64,000 nucleotides of DNA, taken from contig JAAOMT010000525.1 of NCBI GenBank assembly GCA_016748015.1, forward strand, positions 124,001-188,000. The letters are read 5' to 3'. The position numbers and the translations under genes were made by a program. Shown piece by piece: positions 25,226-39,420 of this stretch. Each line of letters opens with the position of its first letter. Position 1 is the first letter of the stretch. The DNA is from Geosiphon pyriformis uo1 (taxonomy: Eukaryota; Fungi; Glomeromycota). The notes beneath the pieces are model-generated. The model did no database searches. It was not told where the DNA came from and worked only from the letters and a program-made list of their open reading frames with translations.

Positions 25226-27645
25226 ATTAAAATAAAAATTTATTATCATTAGTAATAATAATCATCTATCAAATAGCTAAATTTTAAAATATTTAGTTTA
25301 AATCAAACAAAGATAGCCGAAATACTTTTTTGAAAGTCAAATTTGGATCAAGTTTCAGCAGGAAAAAAAAAAATTCACCCACCCCCCTGAATCCTCAAAT
25401 TTTTTTATATTTCGTCTCATTCGCAGAATAATGATTCAAATTATGATAATAATAGTCATAAATCTAATCCTAATTATCGCTAACCTTATATACATTATCA
25501 ATATGAGAATTTGAATCCATTTTTCTTTTTTAATTAAGATTTCTCTAAAAAAAACTCTCGATGTCTACAGTAAGCTTCTTACCAATTTAAGAAGATGAGA
25601 TAATAAAAAGTTTGAAATAACTTTATTTAGTATGAGAAATTTGTAATTGAGTAAAAAATTAGTATAAATCACGAATTTTATTTCACATTAAAAAACGAGT
25701 TAGAAAACTCGCTTAAAATAATTTTTATCGATTCCCATTCACTATTAAAGAATGAAAAGGGATTTTTTCTAATAACACTAATTTTTACGATTCGAAATTC
25801 CGAATTTTGAATTCAAAATGAATTACACAAGACGAGTAACTTTCATTAATTAAATTTCAAGAATCAAATTCATTTGGAAAACCTTTTTTATCCATTGTAA
25901 AAAGTCAATAAATGTATGACGCTTGTCCATTTTTCATTCATAAAAAATTGTTTCCCACCACTTATCTACCAAATTATGTATATGGGTAAATTTCCTGAAA
26001 ATTTTATATTAAAAATTTCTCGATTTATACCATCCACCTAACAATTCATCATTCTGTAATATTTAAAATATCTATTTTTTGAAAAATCAATAATTATAAA
26101 ATCGACACAAGAATTCAATACAAAAATAGGTAATGTTTCAAAGAAATCATATTCTTATCTGCCAAGCATTTCTAATCAAGGAAAAACCTCTTTTTTTAAA
26201 TTAATTGAACTGTTAGCGTTATGACGTTGGATAGCGTTATGACGTTGCTTTGAACCTCATCTTTTTCTCATCTTTCTCATCTGTACGAGGGACGTCATTA
26301 ATTTTAACGTCATCTCCATGAAAATGATAACTTCTTGCCTTTTGAGGAAATCGAAAAAGCCGGTATTTCTCTCAATCCAAGTCCATCGAATCTACCATCT
26401 ATTCACTAGTTAAAGGATGGTTAAAAAATACCCCTTGTTTGAATCTTAACATTACTTCTCTTCCCCCCACATTAAATTTTTGAAATTTTTCTAATTGAGG
26501 TCAAGTTTCCTAATTGACATTAGAAACTCGAGAGCTTTAAGATCGCCGATGGCAAAATAGGGTATAATCCCAAGATATTTGATAAGCAACATTGCAAACA
26601 TAAAATTTGAAGATTTATTAATTAGAAAATCTGTTTGAAAGTGAAATCTTTTAAAATTCTAAAAGAATGTTTCTCGAAATTTGTAAGTTTATGAAAGATC
26701 GAATCGAGAAACATTTAAAAAACCCTCAAACTCGGGAACTATCTACTAGATTCTCGATGCCATCATGGTTATCATTTTCTTATCAACTGTGTGTGTACTA
26801 AAACGAATTTATTATCGAATTCAGGTCATCATTTGATGAGTAATTGTACGATTCTAATAACTATATTTAATTTATCATTTTATGTATATGCAGAGTTGCG
26901 TCAATTGCGTCATATGTTCTCTCTCGGGATGATGATCTGTTTGGATTCCATGTTGCATTAAAAAAAAAAATTTGGACCTTTTGTGACTATTATATTTATG
27001 GTGTCATATACTTTTCTCTAATGGTGATGACAACGACGATTATGATGAGATTGTGCATAATACCTCAGTGATAGCTTGGAAGGGCGTTAGTATTATAATT
27101 TTCAGATGATAGTGATTATGAAACGATTTCATTTTACATGCGTGCCAGGTAAATAGAATTATTCCAAGACATATGGAACATTTGAGTGGTTTACTCCATA
27201 CGTTATAGTTATATTACAAATTTTACAATGTTAAAGTTGTCGGCTCATAAAAATAGCCGATGTATAATTATATAAATAACAAGAACGATTCTTTCTTTCG
27301 TAACCAAAAAGCCAATCGAAATTTTTTTTTTTCAAGTATCCTGGTTGAAAATATATAATACCTCCCTCAAAACATCAAAAATTAACACCACCACTAACAC
27401 TACCACTACCACTATCACTACTACCACTACCACTACCACTTACCAATACATTACATATTTTGGCCCCTTGGTTTCTCTTTACTCTTCATACCAAATCCGC
27501 TTAAAAGGTTTTTTTTTCCTTTGGCAACCTAAAAATTTAAAAGTCAATTTTTTTCATTGATCGATCAATCTTTCAATCTTTCAATCTTTTAATCTTTAAA
27601 TCTTTCAATCAATCATTCATTTATTTGCTCTTAAACCTCTAAAAA

Positions 27646-27897
27646 ATGACTTCCAAAAATTCCGGAAAAAGCTCTATGCCCTCTCACTTCCGTACCACAA
27701 CATATAGTTGTTACTTTGAAGTGACCGAAGAAATGATAAAGGCAGCACACCAAGACTACGCACTTCGATTGTACACTCATACACTTGGTCAATTGTGTCA
27801 CTTAAAAATGAAGGGCGCCAAGGAAAAGAAAAATGAAAATTCAGAAAGAAAAGAAAATAGCGATAGAACCGGTACTACTGATATGGTACTAGTTTGA
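27646..27897 (+). CDS. Small hypothetical protein (83 aa)
   Basis: AAAAATG start context, TATATAAATA at ~27269, a long pyrimidine-rich leader and coding-like composition. Predicted helix MIKAAHQDYALRLYTHTLGQL. Family not recognised. Confidence 0.55.
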   Translation: MTSKNSGKSSMPSHFRTTTYSCYFEVTEEMIKAAHQDYALRLYTHTLGQLCHLKMKGAKEKKNENSERKENSDRTGTTDMVLV

Positions 27898-28233
27898 ACT
27901 ATTTCTCTAGAAAGTTGTATGTGACAACTATGATACTTTATTCTCATGATCAAGCTTTAAATGAAGTATGCAAATGTTCAAATATTTAGAATTTTCATTA
28001 TCCATGTTTACCCTTGAATAGTTTTTTAACCTTTTTAAATTTCAAATTAAAGCTACATGTTCTTAAAGGTGTCCTACTTTCTGATTCAGGGAAAATTTCT
28101 TTTAAATGACAAAAAAATCCCAGATCTTAAGTAAAATGTAAATTTTGTACTTTATTTTTATGAGAGTTAACTTAGATTAACTTTCATTAACTTATTATTA
28201 TACTTATTTTAAAAATTATTATGAATATCCAAA

Positions 28234-28277
<44 letters not shown>

Positions 28278-29849
28278 TGTAATCATGTTATGCTATTATA
28301 AAGTTAAATTTTTTAAGATTATGTTGACATTTTTTTAAAAAAATCTTTTTAATACCAATTTCGCTCTTGAGTGCTTTCTGAAAAAGTTTAATAAATGTTC
28401 TAAAAATTGCTTTTACAGTTAAATGACTTAAGCCTACATTAGAATAATGTAAAACCAAGAATTGGAGATTTTGCTCTTTTTCCTAGCCAGAACACACAAA
28501 ACAAAACATATAGATAAAAATGTCTCTTGACTAGATTCATAAAATTGCTAATTTTTCTAGGCTGTTAAGGTATGTTTTTTCCCCCAAGAATCAGGTTTCT
28601 TATTTAATCTCCACTATACATTAATTGATCATAAAAAAAGAGATAATCTTTATAAAAAAGCAAAATTTGGCATTGATCGCTTTCATTTTTCTCTTTTATG
28701 TACATGGATTTTCCAAGCTGCACTGTTCAAGTATGATTAAATTAATAGGATGAAATCATCCAGGTTGTTTGTTTATATTTATTTTTAATATTAATAAAGG
28801 GTCTATCGAGTAATTCCTGATTCATTCTTCAAGATTCCAAACCTATTTTTTATTTATTTATTTATTTATTTTTTTACGTGAATGGAACAGAGATAACTTT
28901 ACCATTTTTTTTGTATTTAATTTTCCGCTCTACTGATTTTTTCCGGTATCGGCAAACTTTTCAAAGAATTGGACAATTTAGAAAAATTTTTTTTTTTTTA
29001 ACTTTTGACATCAAACGTATACATTTTTGGAATGAAATAAAATAATTTTTTCTCAATTAACGCTGTAATATTAAATATTAATACCGAAATTTTTATTTCC
29101 CCTAGTAACATCTTTGAGACATTTCACAGAGAAACCAACGCATTATTAAAAAGAAATGTCTTTTAAAAATAAACTGTGGAAAAACTCTAGGAATTTGGTA
29201 TCTAAATAAAGAAAAAGGTTCTACAACAAAAACCCCTCATAGTACAGGCTTTTTTTGAATCTAGAATCTAAATTAAAATATTGACTTTTTCGTATCATAA
29301 TTGAGTAAGAAAATAAAGCTATCGGATGAAGCTCTAAAGGAACCGATGGTTTTCATTTTATCGACGCTTCTTGTCAATGAATTGAATAATGGGACCGGTG
29401 GTAATTGAAAAAAGGACTTTTAAGGATTAGGGTTATATTCACAAATTATTGTAAACGAATCTTTTGCTATGAAAAGTGTAGAAAATGAATTATCGCAAAG
29501 AAAATTCCATTTTATCATCACGCCTATATTTAAAAGTAGTAAACCTTGTCAAAGGCTATGGTTATTTTCTTTTCTTGCAATACGCTCTGTGGTTTTTACC
29601 GTCTTTTCTAGATTGATGATCGAGCTGGAAGCACACAAATTTAGAATTTCGTAAAATGTTAAATTTAATAAGATAATAGTATGAGCTTCGAATTTTTAGT
29701 ACTTTCCCCTTCGTCAGCTTCTTTTTCCACATTATACCCATTAGATTAATGGCCGAATTGCTTGAAATAATGGCGTATAATTTTCGGCATATTCGGGTAT
29801 CGATAGCAAAAACAATTGGTAATTCTCTAATCCACTTGTACGATAATGT

Positions 29850-30141
29850 ACTATCTTTCTAGTTTCATCTCTAGCCGTTGCGTATCCAACTATCGAAAAA
29901 AGAGGAAGCCGTAACGAAAATAAGAATGGTAATGGAAATATTGGAAACTTTAATGGAAACAAAAATAATAACAACAATTTTGGAGACTTGGGATTCTTCG
30001 ATGGACAAATAAAACCATATAATTATTATGAATACCAGCCGTTTTTGGAAGGAGCTTTTGTTAAACATGGAAATAACGGAAAAAATAATAGAAAAAAATG
30101 GCAAAAGAGATAATAACGGAAATAATAATGGAAAAAGTTGA
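29850..30141 (+). pseudogene. Secreted Gly/Asn-repeat Kex2-type precursor, copy B (5'-truncated)
   Basis: TIFLVSSLAVAYPTIEKR-GSRNENKNGNGNIGNFNGNKNNNNNFG...YYEYQPFLEGAFVKH-GNNG. Shares TIFLxSSLA..EKR and YEYQPF with copy A. There is no in-frame ATG, and an A-run frameshift lies near 30095. Confidence 0.8.
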
Positions 30142-30452
30142 AATAACTATTAATTCTACATAAAATGATCAAAATTTTAAAAAAAGTTAAAGAAAATTAA
30201 TTTTAAAATAATAAATGACTTATTTTAAATTTAAATTTTGATAAATTTTTAAAGTAATTATCATTTGAAAAAATTGCAGTAATATTCAACTATAATCAAA
30301 TTAAAAAAATAATTTATAATAATTTTATTTAAGTTAAAAGGCCAGATTTGAATCCAAAAAATTTATGTGTTTTAAGAAATTAATCAATCAAATTTTATTA
30401 TTTAAAATAATTTCTTTAGAATAAAATAACAACAATAATAATAATTAAAATA

Positions 30453-30505
<53 letters not shown>

Positions 30506-32772
30506 CTTAAATTATATTATTCAAAGTATCAGAATTATCTTTTTAAATGACAATTTATTTAACAAACTATGAACAAAAACACTGTAAATTTGTTTTAAAA
30601 TACATTGCCAATTTTTTTGTAAGTAACTATTTGAAAATAACAATGCTACAAAGAGTGATCAATTATAAAATTTTGTGCTACAATAAAAAATTAACAATAT
30701 TTGTCTAATAACTAATTTTTAGTGTTAATTTTATTAATAAAAAAGCTTAAATATTAATATATTATAAAAAAATAATATATATTTCAAAAATTAAAGTTTT
30801 ATTGTTAATATTTATAAGCTTTAATTATAAAAAAAAACAATTATAGTAATATTTTTTTAAGTACATATTCTATAAATATATATTTACTTTATATATTTGT
30901 TATAATTAATCTAAAGTTTAAAATTAAAATTAATATATACATCTTTTATATTCTACATATGCTAATAATTTTGAATTTTAAGTATATTAAAATATTTCTT
31001 ATGAATATATATACATAATAATTATATAATAATAACCAATTAAAAGTTTTTAATTGTTTGTTAACTAATTATAATATAGTTTTAGATATAGTTTATATTG
31101 TTTTAATTAACTTAATAATTAATTATATATAAAAAGTACATAATTATAATTAGTTCTAAAAACATGTTTTTATAATAATATTACTGTATATAAAATAAAT
31201 TTCCTATTATTTTGTAATACAAAGTAATTTTCCAAAAATTTTAAATATAAAAAGATGTAAATTTAAAGTTTAACTTAATAAAATTAATAATTTTCTAAAA
31301 AAAACTTTATAATATACTTTTAATACATAAAATTAATAATTTTTTTTAAACAAAATAAAATCAATATTATTTACTATTTTGAAAAAAAATTTTAAAATAT
31401 ATCTTATATTAATTTTATAAAACTATATAAATTATTAGATGTTTTGTTTTTTAAAGTCAAAATTATTAATATAACAAACTATTTAAATTAATAAAAATTA
31501 ATTGCATTGTATAATTTTTTTTTAAGCAAAAAATCTTATGAATTTTAAAGTATTTGTTAAAAAACCAGTTTTATAATTTTTAAAATTGTCTATTAAATTG
31601 TTGTTTAATTAATTAAAAAATTAAACAAAAAAATAAATTTTAGTTTTTTTGTAACAAAAATATATAATTATTTTTACAAAAAATAATAAAATAAACTTTA
31701 ACAATTTTACAAAAGCACTACTTTTATAGTATAAGTTAAATAACAAAATAACAGAATAACAAATTAAAAACAATAAAATTTTAACTTAAATTTTAACAAA
31801 AAAAACAAATTAATTTATATAAGTAATTTTAATAAAATAATTAATTTTATAAAAAATTTAAAAATAATATTACAATTTAGAATAATACATTAATGAAATA
31901 CAAAAAAAAATTATTGTATAATAAGAAAATAATTAAATAAGAAATTAAATTTAAAAAGTAAATTAAATTTATAGAAATTATATATATAAAATTATTTTTA
32001 TAAAATATTTTAATTGCTATTTTTTTCAAAAAAATTTGAAAATAGAAAAATAGTTTATATTGTTAACAAAAAAATAACACAATTTTTATAATTCTATGTT
32101 TTAATTACTATTTTATAAAATTTAATAACAGATATTATTTGTATTTTACAGTAAATATTTGTTCTATATATTTACAAAAGTTAATAATATACAGAAAAAA
32201 TAATAATAATTAAAGAATATAAAAAATTTAAATTATTATATTAATAATTAAATCAATAATTAAGTTAATAATATAATTAATAAATAAATTAAGAATTATA
32301 TTAATAACTAATTTCAAAAATAATATAACTAATATAAATAACATCAAAAATTAATATATATAATTAAATATAATTGAATATTTAATAAAACTAAAAAGTA
32401 AAAAATTTAATTAAAACAGTAAAAATAAATTATAGTTTTAATAAAACATAATACAATTATTATAATTTTATTATTTTTTTTTAGATATAATATTATAATA
32501 AATATATTAAATTTAGTTTTATAAATTGTAGATCTGCTAGCTTGTACACATATTTTATTAAAACTTTTTATAAAAAATTGTTAATAATAATAAAAAACAT
32601 TATAATAAGAATTGTTTCAATAAATTTTGCATTTAATATATATAAAAAAAAAGATATTAAATTATTTTTTGTTTAAATATATATATATTTTTTTTATGCT
32701 TAACAAATGAGGCCCAAATACTACTTAGTACAATATATCAAATAATTGATTTAAACTAAGTATGAATTATGC

Positions 32773-35700
32773 TTTTTTTTTTACATATGACCAGCTATTT
32801 AAGCCAATTAAAATAATACTAAACATTTATATAAACCAAAATTATGTTTCTAATACCTAAAAAAATGAATATGACTTATAAAAACCAAAATAAATCCCAA
32901 ATGCCTTAGCAATACTGAGTAATTTAACTATGCCAGCAAAAAACTTTGAAGACAAATCAGAGACTAAGACAAAAGCTGAGTCATCAAATGGAATTAGCTT
33001 ATTCTTTTCCATATAAGTATAATGCTTTACACAGATCAACCAAACTTTATTCTTAAAAGCAAGACAGAAATTACAGACAAAATTCATAATCTTTACACTT
33101 GTAATTTTGGAATTATGGAAGACTGAAACAGTCTTCTAAAGCCAATCATTAAAAACAAAACTCTTATAAAAAGCTGTATACATAATAACATTAGAAACAC
33201 AAAATAAAAATAGCTAAGATATACAAGAAAAAAAATAAAAAAAACCAAAAAGCAACCTCTAAGCATCCACATGAACATCCAACAAATAATAATAAACAAA
33301 AATATCAGATGTGCAAGAAAAAACATAATCCAAAACTTCAAAATTACCACAATATAAACATATTACACTAAGATAACATTTGTTATACAGATGCTTTTAA
33401 ACAGCAACAGACAGCTAATAGTATAGAGCCTTCATAAAATAAGTATAAACACTAGTAATAAATCTACTAGTAAAACCAGCAGCTATGTACAAGTCAGGAT
33501 GTTATACCAAAAAAAAACTAAGCCAATCAATGTCTGAAAACAAACTACTTGCCAGAACTTTAGAACCAGAGCCAACTTTCTAATGTACACAATAAACAAA
33601 CCGAAATATATCATGAACAAAATGTTTAAAATTATTAGAAACAACACTATCACTAGTTATTATATAATAATTCTTCAAACAAGAAAGAAAATACCAATTA
33701 GAAAAAAAAGTGGTGTTAGTAAATGCATTGGCATGTTCATTGTCCACAACACTTAAATGACTCTTTACTTTGTGTCAGCTAACTTTCAAATTTTTATCAT
33801 GAATAATATTCATAATGTGCTAATATTCCATCCAATACTGATTACAAAAATCCAAACACACCAAACTCAATTCTGATTTGTATATATCCAAAGCAGTCTG
33901 ACTATTAATAAACAAATAAACTATGCTAAGAAAAAACACATTCAAGAGCCAATGCAATAGCCTGCAACTCTGTCAAAGTAAAGAACATTAAACTAAAAAC
34001 TTCAACTCTTAAATCCAAATTTATGTTATCAAAAAAACTGCAGCACCAGCTCTACTGCTAACTGTTTTTAAGTTTTTTAGGAACCCATCTGTATAAACAG
34101 ACAAACTATCAGCATTAACACAAGACAATTGACTACAAACCAGCTCAAAATTATCAGACTCAATAATATTAAAAAACCCAACAACACCCAAAAAAGAAAA
34201 ACACATAAAAAAAGAAGTCATATTATTAAGGAAGGCAACAAAAAATCTAAATCATTCAGAAATAGGACCACAAAAGTCCAATTTCTTCTACTATTTAAAA
34301 GTATTTTAATTAAAAACAGCACCAAAACAATTATAAAACTAATCTATAAAAACAATGCCATATTGTCAAAGTGAAAAAAAAAGCCTAAAAAATTTGAGCT
34401 CATTAAGAACTACTGACATGAGCATTCTACTCTAAAGATGAAAAAAATTGTTTATAAGGCCATCTAGAGACAAATTGCACTTAAAAAAAATACAAATCAT
34501 GCCTGCCAAAAAATTATCAGAAGAACTGACTTTAATATAAACTAGGAAACTTAAAGGATGAAGTAAATGTTAACACAAAACTTGTAAGTCATAAGACTTG
34601 TAAGAGAACAGATAGCCCAAAATTCCACCAAAATTCACAAAATTCACAAGAAATGCTAATTTTTTTTCAGACTAAAACTGCTTAAAAGTTTTCAAATTGT
34701 ATAAAAAAAAGTAATAAATTGTATCATTAGAGAAATTGAGAAACAGACCAAATTTTAGCTTTAAGCCTTTACAAATTAAAGCATTTTACTTATTATACAC
34801 ACTAATAAGAACAAAACTAAATTGCATCCTATAGCTAATGATAAATAGAGAATTACTAACACCAAGTACAAGAATTGCTTATTAGAAATAGTTTTTTCAG
34901 AACAAAATTGGCAAAAAACTGGACATTAGAATAAGTTTTGGCCAGACTAGACTTTAAAAGACTTTTAGTAGACAAAAAGATATCTAAGTAGTGATAAGAT
35001 TCTCTTTTTTTGGTGATAAAAATAGATGAATTACTAATTGACAAAGAAGAGCTTACAACTCTATAATTAATAAAAATGGCTATCCTTTTGTTATTATTAA
35101 TAGAGATGTTATTGATTCAAAAAAATTCACTGGCAATATTGAGAATATGTTGGGTAGCATTTTAACTACTGCCAACCCAAATTGTATTATTGACAAAAAC
35201 ACTAGCAGCAAAAAAAAAGACAGTCCAGTTTGCAATTCTGCACAATTATTTTTGGAAACAAAATAAGAATTCAATTTATATTTACACACACTCTCCTGTT
35301 TCTTAACTTCACACAAAAGAGGGTCATAAAATATGTGTCAAAAAAAAGATGAAAAAATCTTCTTTTGATCTAAACTATCATGCAAATAATATCTATTTGT
35401 TAATTCAAAATTAGTTATAATCTTGTTGATGTGATTATTGTAAATACTACCAAAGAATTAAATGAACTTGCCACACATTTTTATTCTAACTAAGTTCTTT
35501 CTAAGATGCTTCCAACCAACCAAATTGTATGTTTTTTGCATGTCTTGTAAAACCAATTAGAGTTTACAGTTTTTTTCCAAAGCATCTTTAATTACTAAAC
35601 CAATGACAAAAATGAGAGATTGTGTTGTCATATCTTTTAAAACTGAAAAATTATTCCCATAGAGAACATCAAAAATGCTACAAACTAATGAAATTTTATC

Positions 35701-38700
35701 AAAAAAAATTTTGGAAAGAACTTTATAAATCATTTTAATTAAAGCAATAAGACAAATATTTGTAAAAACATCTTTTTATTCATATAGTTTGAAAATTATT
35801 GAAACTTTGGTCTCTTTTCAAGGACTGAATACTGACTTACAAGACAAACAAGAATTCAAAAGTACCAAAAACATATCCAAAACTGAATTATTACAATGTT
35901 TTTAAAGCTCATTTGAGATACCAAAAAGGCCAGTAGCTTTGCTATTGGGCAGATTAGAAACTATATTGAACAATTCATTAAAACTAACTGAACATATTAC
36001 ATTTAAAAAAGTATCATTAAAAACATATTTCAATAATTGATATTAACAAGACCAGTTATTAAAAATATTAGCAACCACTTTATGTTTTCTAGTCTAACTT
36101 TTCATAATTACATCCACTTTAGCCTTGACCAAATTAGATTTCAGAATTAGTTTATTATTAGTAATCAGATAGTCCAGCACTATTTTGTAAAAAAAATATT
36201 CCAATATATTCTAGATAATATGACTTTTGTCTACCACAAAACTTTCTATTCTTCTATTAATAGCAGACCTAATATTTATTTTTTTGGCTCTTAGAGATTT
36301 AGCAAGCTTGCTAACATAATATAACTTTTTCACTTTAAAGAAAAAAGTATACACATAATTAAAACTTACACCAAAATTCAGTAAAGTTCAGATAATCAAA
36401 GCCTTATTGTTATTTAAAAAAAACTAATGACCCATTAAAGAAGCAAACTTATCACTAAAACTTGTATACAAAAATCTAACAATTTTTGACACCAAAACTT
36501 CCAATTTGTGAAACTTAAAAAACTCTTTGGTGAAAACATTGTCAAAATTCTTGAATTATTTTTTCTTAAATACTCTATTAGCTGAAAGAATCACTACCTT
36601 TCAAACAATATCTCACATAACATTCAGGTTTGAAAATCTCTTGGATGCAACAAACTTATCAGAAAATAGCAGTGCATTAGCAGTCATAGCCACTTTAAAC
36701 ATGTCCTATTTTGAATCATTAACATCCTTAACATCAAACTTTCAATGATCTTAATTTGCCTGTTTGTATAGAAGATTCATTACACATTTAATAAGCCACC
36801 CAAACTTACAGAAACAGCCTAATGATCAGTGTCAAAAAAATCTTTAACATCCAAAACTCTATATTCTACTACTGCATTAATCAAATTTAAAGAAACAAAC
36901 ATGTAGTCAATTGTTCTCATAACATCTTTAGAATTCTTCCATGTTAATGTACTTGCTATCAAGCTCCTGAACAAAAAATTGATCAACCCCAAATTGAGGC
37001 ACTTTTTGAAACTTGTGTACTTATAAGAACTATTTTCATTGAAATTACTATCCAAGATGATAAAAGAAGATTTATTCACAGTCTTAACAATCAAAAAATT
37101 AATTTTATCAGTCTAAAAAAAATGAACTGCTAAGGATGCCCCAGTATAAAGCCCTAAAATTGAAACAGAAAGTTTATTTTTGAAAAGTAACTTGATAAAA
37201 ATAAGCTGGCCAGATACTTCAGAAACTTTACACATATGCTTTACCAAAGACTTGTTTATGACTATCACAACACTTAAATCCAAGTAACCAAAGTCTAAAT
37301 CAGAAATAAATATGCAAATACTATGAAATTTGTTAACAATCTATGATCAAAGTTTTTCCTTTCAGTTTTGTTTCTATGAAAATTAAAATCAAATTGTTTA
37401 TATCTCTGTGTCAATGAATAATATTATTCTGTTTTGTAGAATTATTTATAACTTGAACATTACATGTAGCAATTTTTCAGATCAAACTATTTATTGAGAA
37501 AAGAGTTTGGAAAATACACTACCAGCCAAGATTAAACTATCAAAATGTATTAACAGACTCAATATCAAAGCAGAAAGTCTTTCTATTATGTTTTTCTGTC
37601 TAACAATCTTAGAGAAGATAAACAAACCTGAAATCATAGCAGTCTTATTACTAGTGGCCTTATCTAAGCTCTTTTTCATTACTACATTTCCCATCTAATT
37701 CTGTAATAAAGGAGTTACCAGCAGCTAACATCCAGAGCTAGGCTGGAAAACTGTTGACATAAGTGATCTAATTTCTTAATCAACTTACCAATTTGTCTCA
37801 CAAGTTTAGCAAGACTGCATTTTAAAGCTATAAATCTATTATTAATGTTTTTTGTAATCAAAGGAGTAGGCTTTATCTCCAAAAAAGACCCAAAGGTTGG
37901 CAAACTACTATGTACAGAGAGAGGGAAGAAAAAAGACCCACTAACAATCTTTGTTCAAGAAATACCACCAAAAAAAACAAGACAGCCAATTAGTGCCAAA
38001 AATTTGACATAGATAGAGGCCAGTCTGCTTTTATTTTTATTTAACAATACTTTACAAAAAGAGTTACTTGGAAAAATTTTCTCATCAACAAAACAACCCA
38101 ATAATGTATAATCTGATTTCTTATACTTAGCACATTTAGCAGAACTTAGATAAAATCAGCACAAATTAACACTTCTCAAAACTGGCATGGTTTTTATAAT
38201 GGCATCTAATAATTTAACTGAATTAAAACAAACAACAACACATCTGGCCTGGGTGTATGTAACCAGGTAATGATCAATGACACATGTTTTTCCACTCACA
38301 AATTCAATTAAATTTTATATGTCATGAGCATTTGTTCTTATCAGTAGAATATAGAACAGTGTTCTATAATGATTCTTTGTATTTCATATCTCTTTATTCA
38401 AATTTGATTTAGCAACACACACAGCATTTTTCTTAATTAAGATGAATTACTTGGCTGCAATTAAATTAGCCTAATCTAATTGGTTAAACTCTACTATAGC
38501 TTTTTGCCACAGTCTTATTAATTGTATTTTGATCAACTTAATTACTCCAAATTCAGATATCACAGTATGCACAATCTTAGTTGACATTCTAATTGGAATT
38601 TTTTTAAGCACCACAGTCAGATTTAAATGTCTAATAGATTTTTTAAGATTGAAATTCACCAAAATTTCTGCACTCTTAGCCTTTTTGGTGGTCTGTATTA

Positions 38701-39420
38701 AGCTTGATTCGGAAGTAAATGTTGTTCTAATAATTTCAGCAAATTTTAAAAGGATAGAGGCCCTTCCAAAACCATTGACTTTTGAAAACAATCTTTTAAT
38801 CACTGTAAGTTTTTTTTGAAAAAACTTCTCAGACACTTTATCTAACTCAATATTCAAAGCAAAAGACTTTCTAATAGAAATAACAACCAGATTCTTCAAA
38901 GGAGAAGGAAGAATAAATATAATATCAAACAAAATATTATCATTATTCTCATTATTCAGAAAATTTATTGCTTAATGATTCCCCTAACACCTTTTTGGTT
39001 TTAACACAAGAGTTTTTTGATGTTTGATCGGTGTTTTTGCCATTAAAAATGGCCTTACTACCATAATCAAAACTGGTTTTCTTAATTAGATACTTCTTTT
39101 CTATGTTAACACTATCAGATTCAGTAGTATTATCAGCTTCTGAACCCCAAAAACGATTACCTAACACTTTAGCAGAAACTTTTTTGGTTTTAATATCATC
39201 TTTCAAAGTATCATCTCTTTTTTTTTTTCTTGACAGAACAGATTTAAAACCATCAACAAAACCAGAATTCTTAACAGTCTTTTTTATGACAGCAATATTA
39301 GAGCCAACAATAATTTCGTAATTGAACAAAAACAGTTTTGATTTATTGTACTGAATAGTTAAAAAACTTCTTTCAAAAAACTTTTTAACTCTTTTTTGGA
39401 AATTTAGAACAAAAGAGAGA
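32773..39420 (-). mobile_element. Near full-length decayed LINE (ORF1 RRM-like; ORF2 APE endonuclease - RT - RNase H) with poly(A) tail
   Basis: ORF1 VVLKKIP...EFGVIKLIKIQL..WQKAIVEF (38471-38932). APE motifs IATCNV (~37470), IILDSNFNE, TIDYMFVS and DTDH (36819-37094). RT motifs QDMQKTYNLVGW (~35540) and FVNNTIW (FVDD, ~35190). RNase H motifs VYTDG (~34085) and KVKSH..NEHANA (~33750). T10 at 32773-32782 corresponds to the 3' poly(A). Confidence 0.9.
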
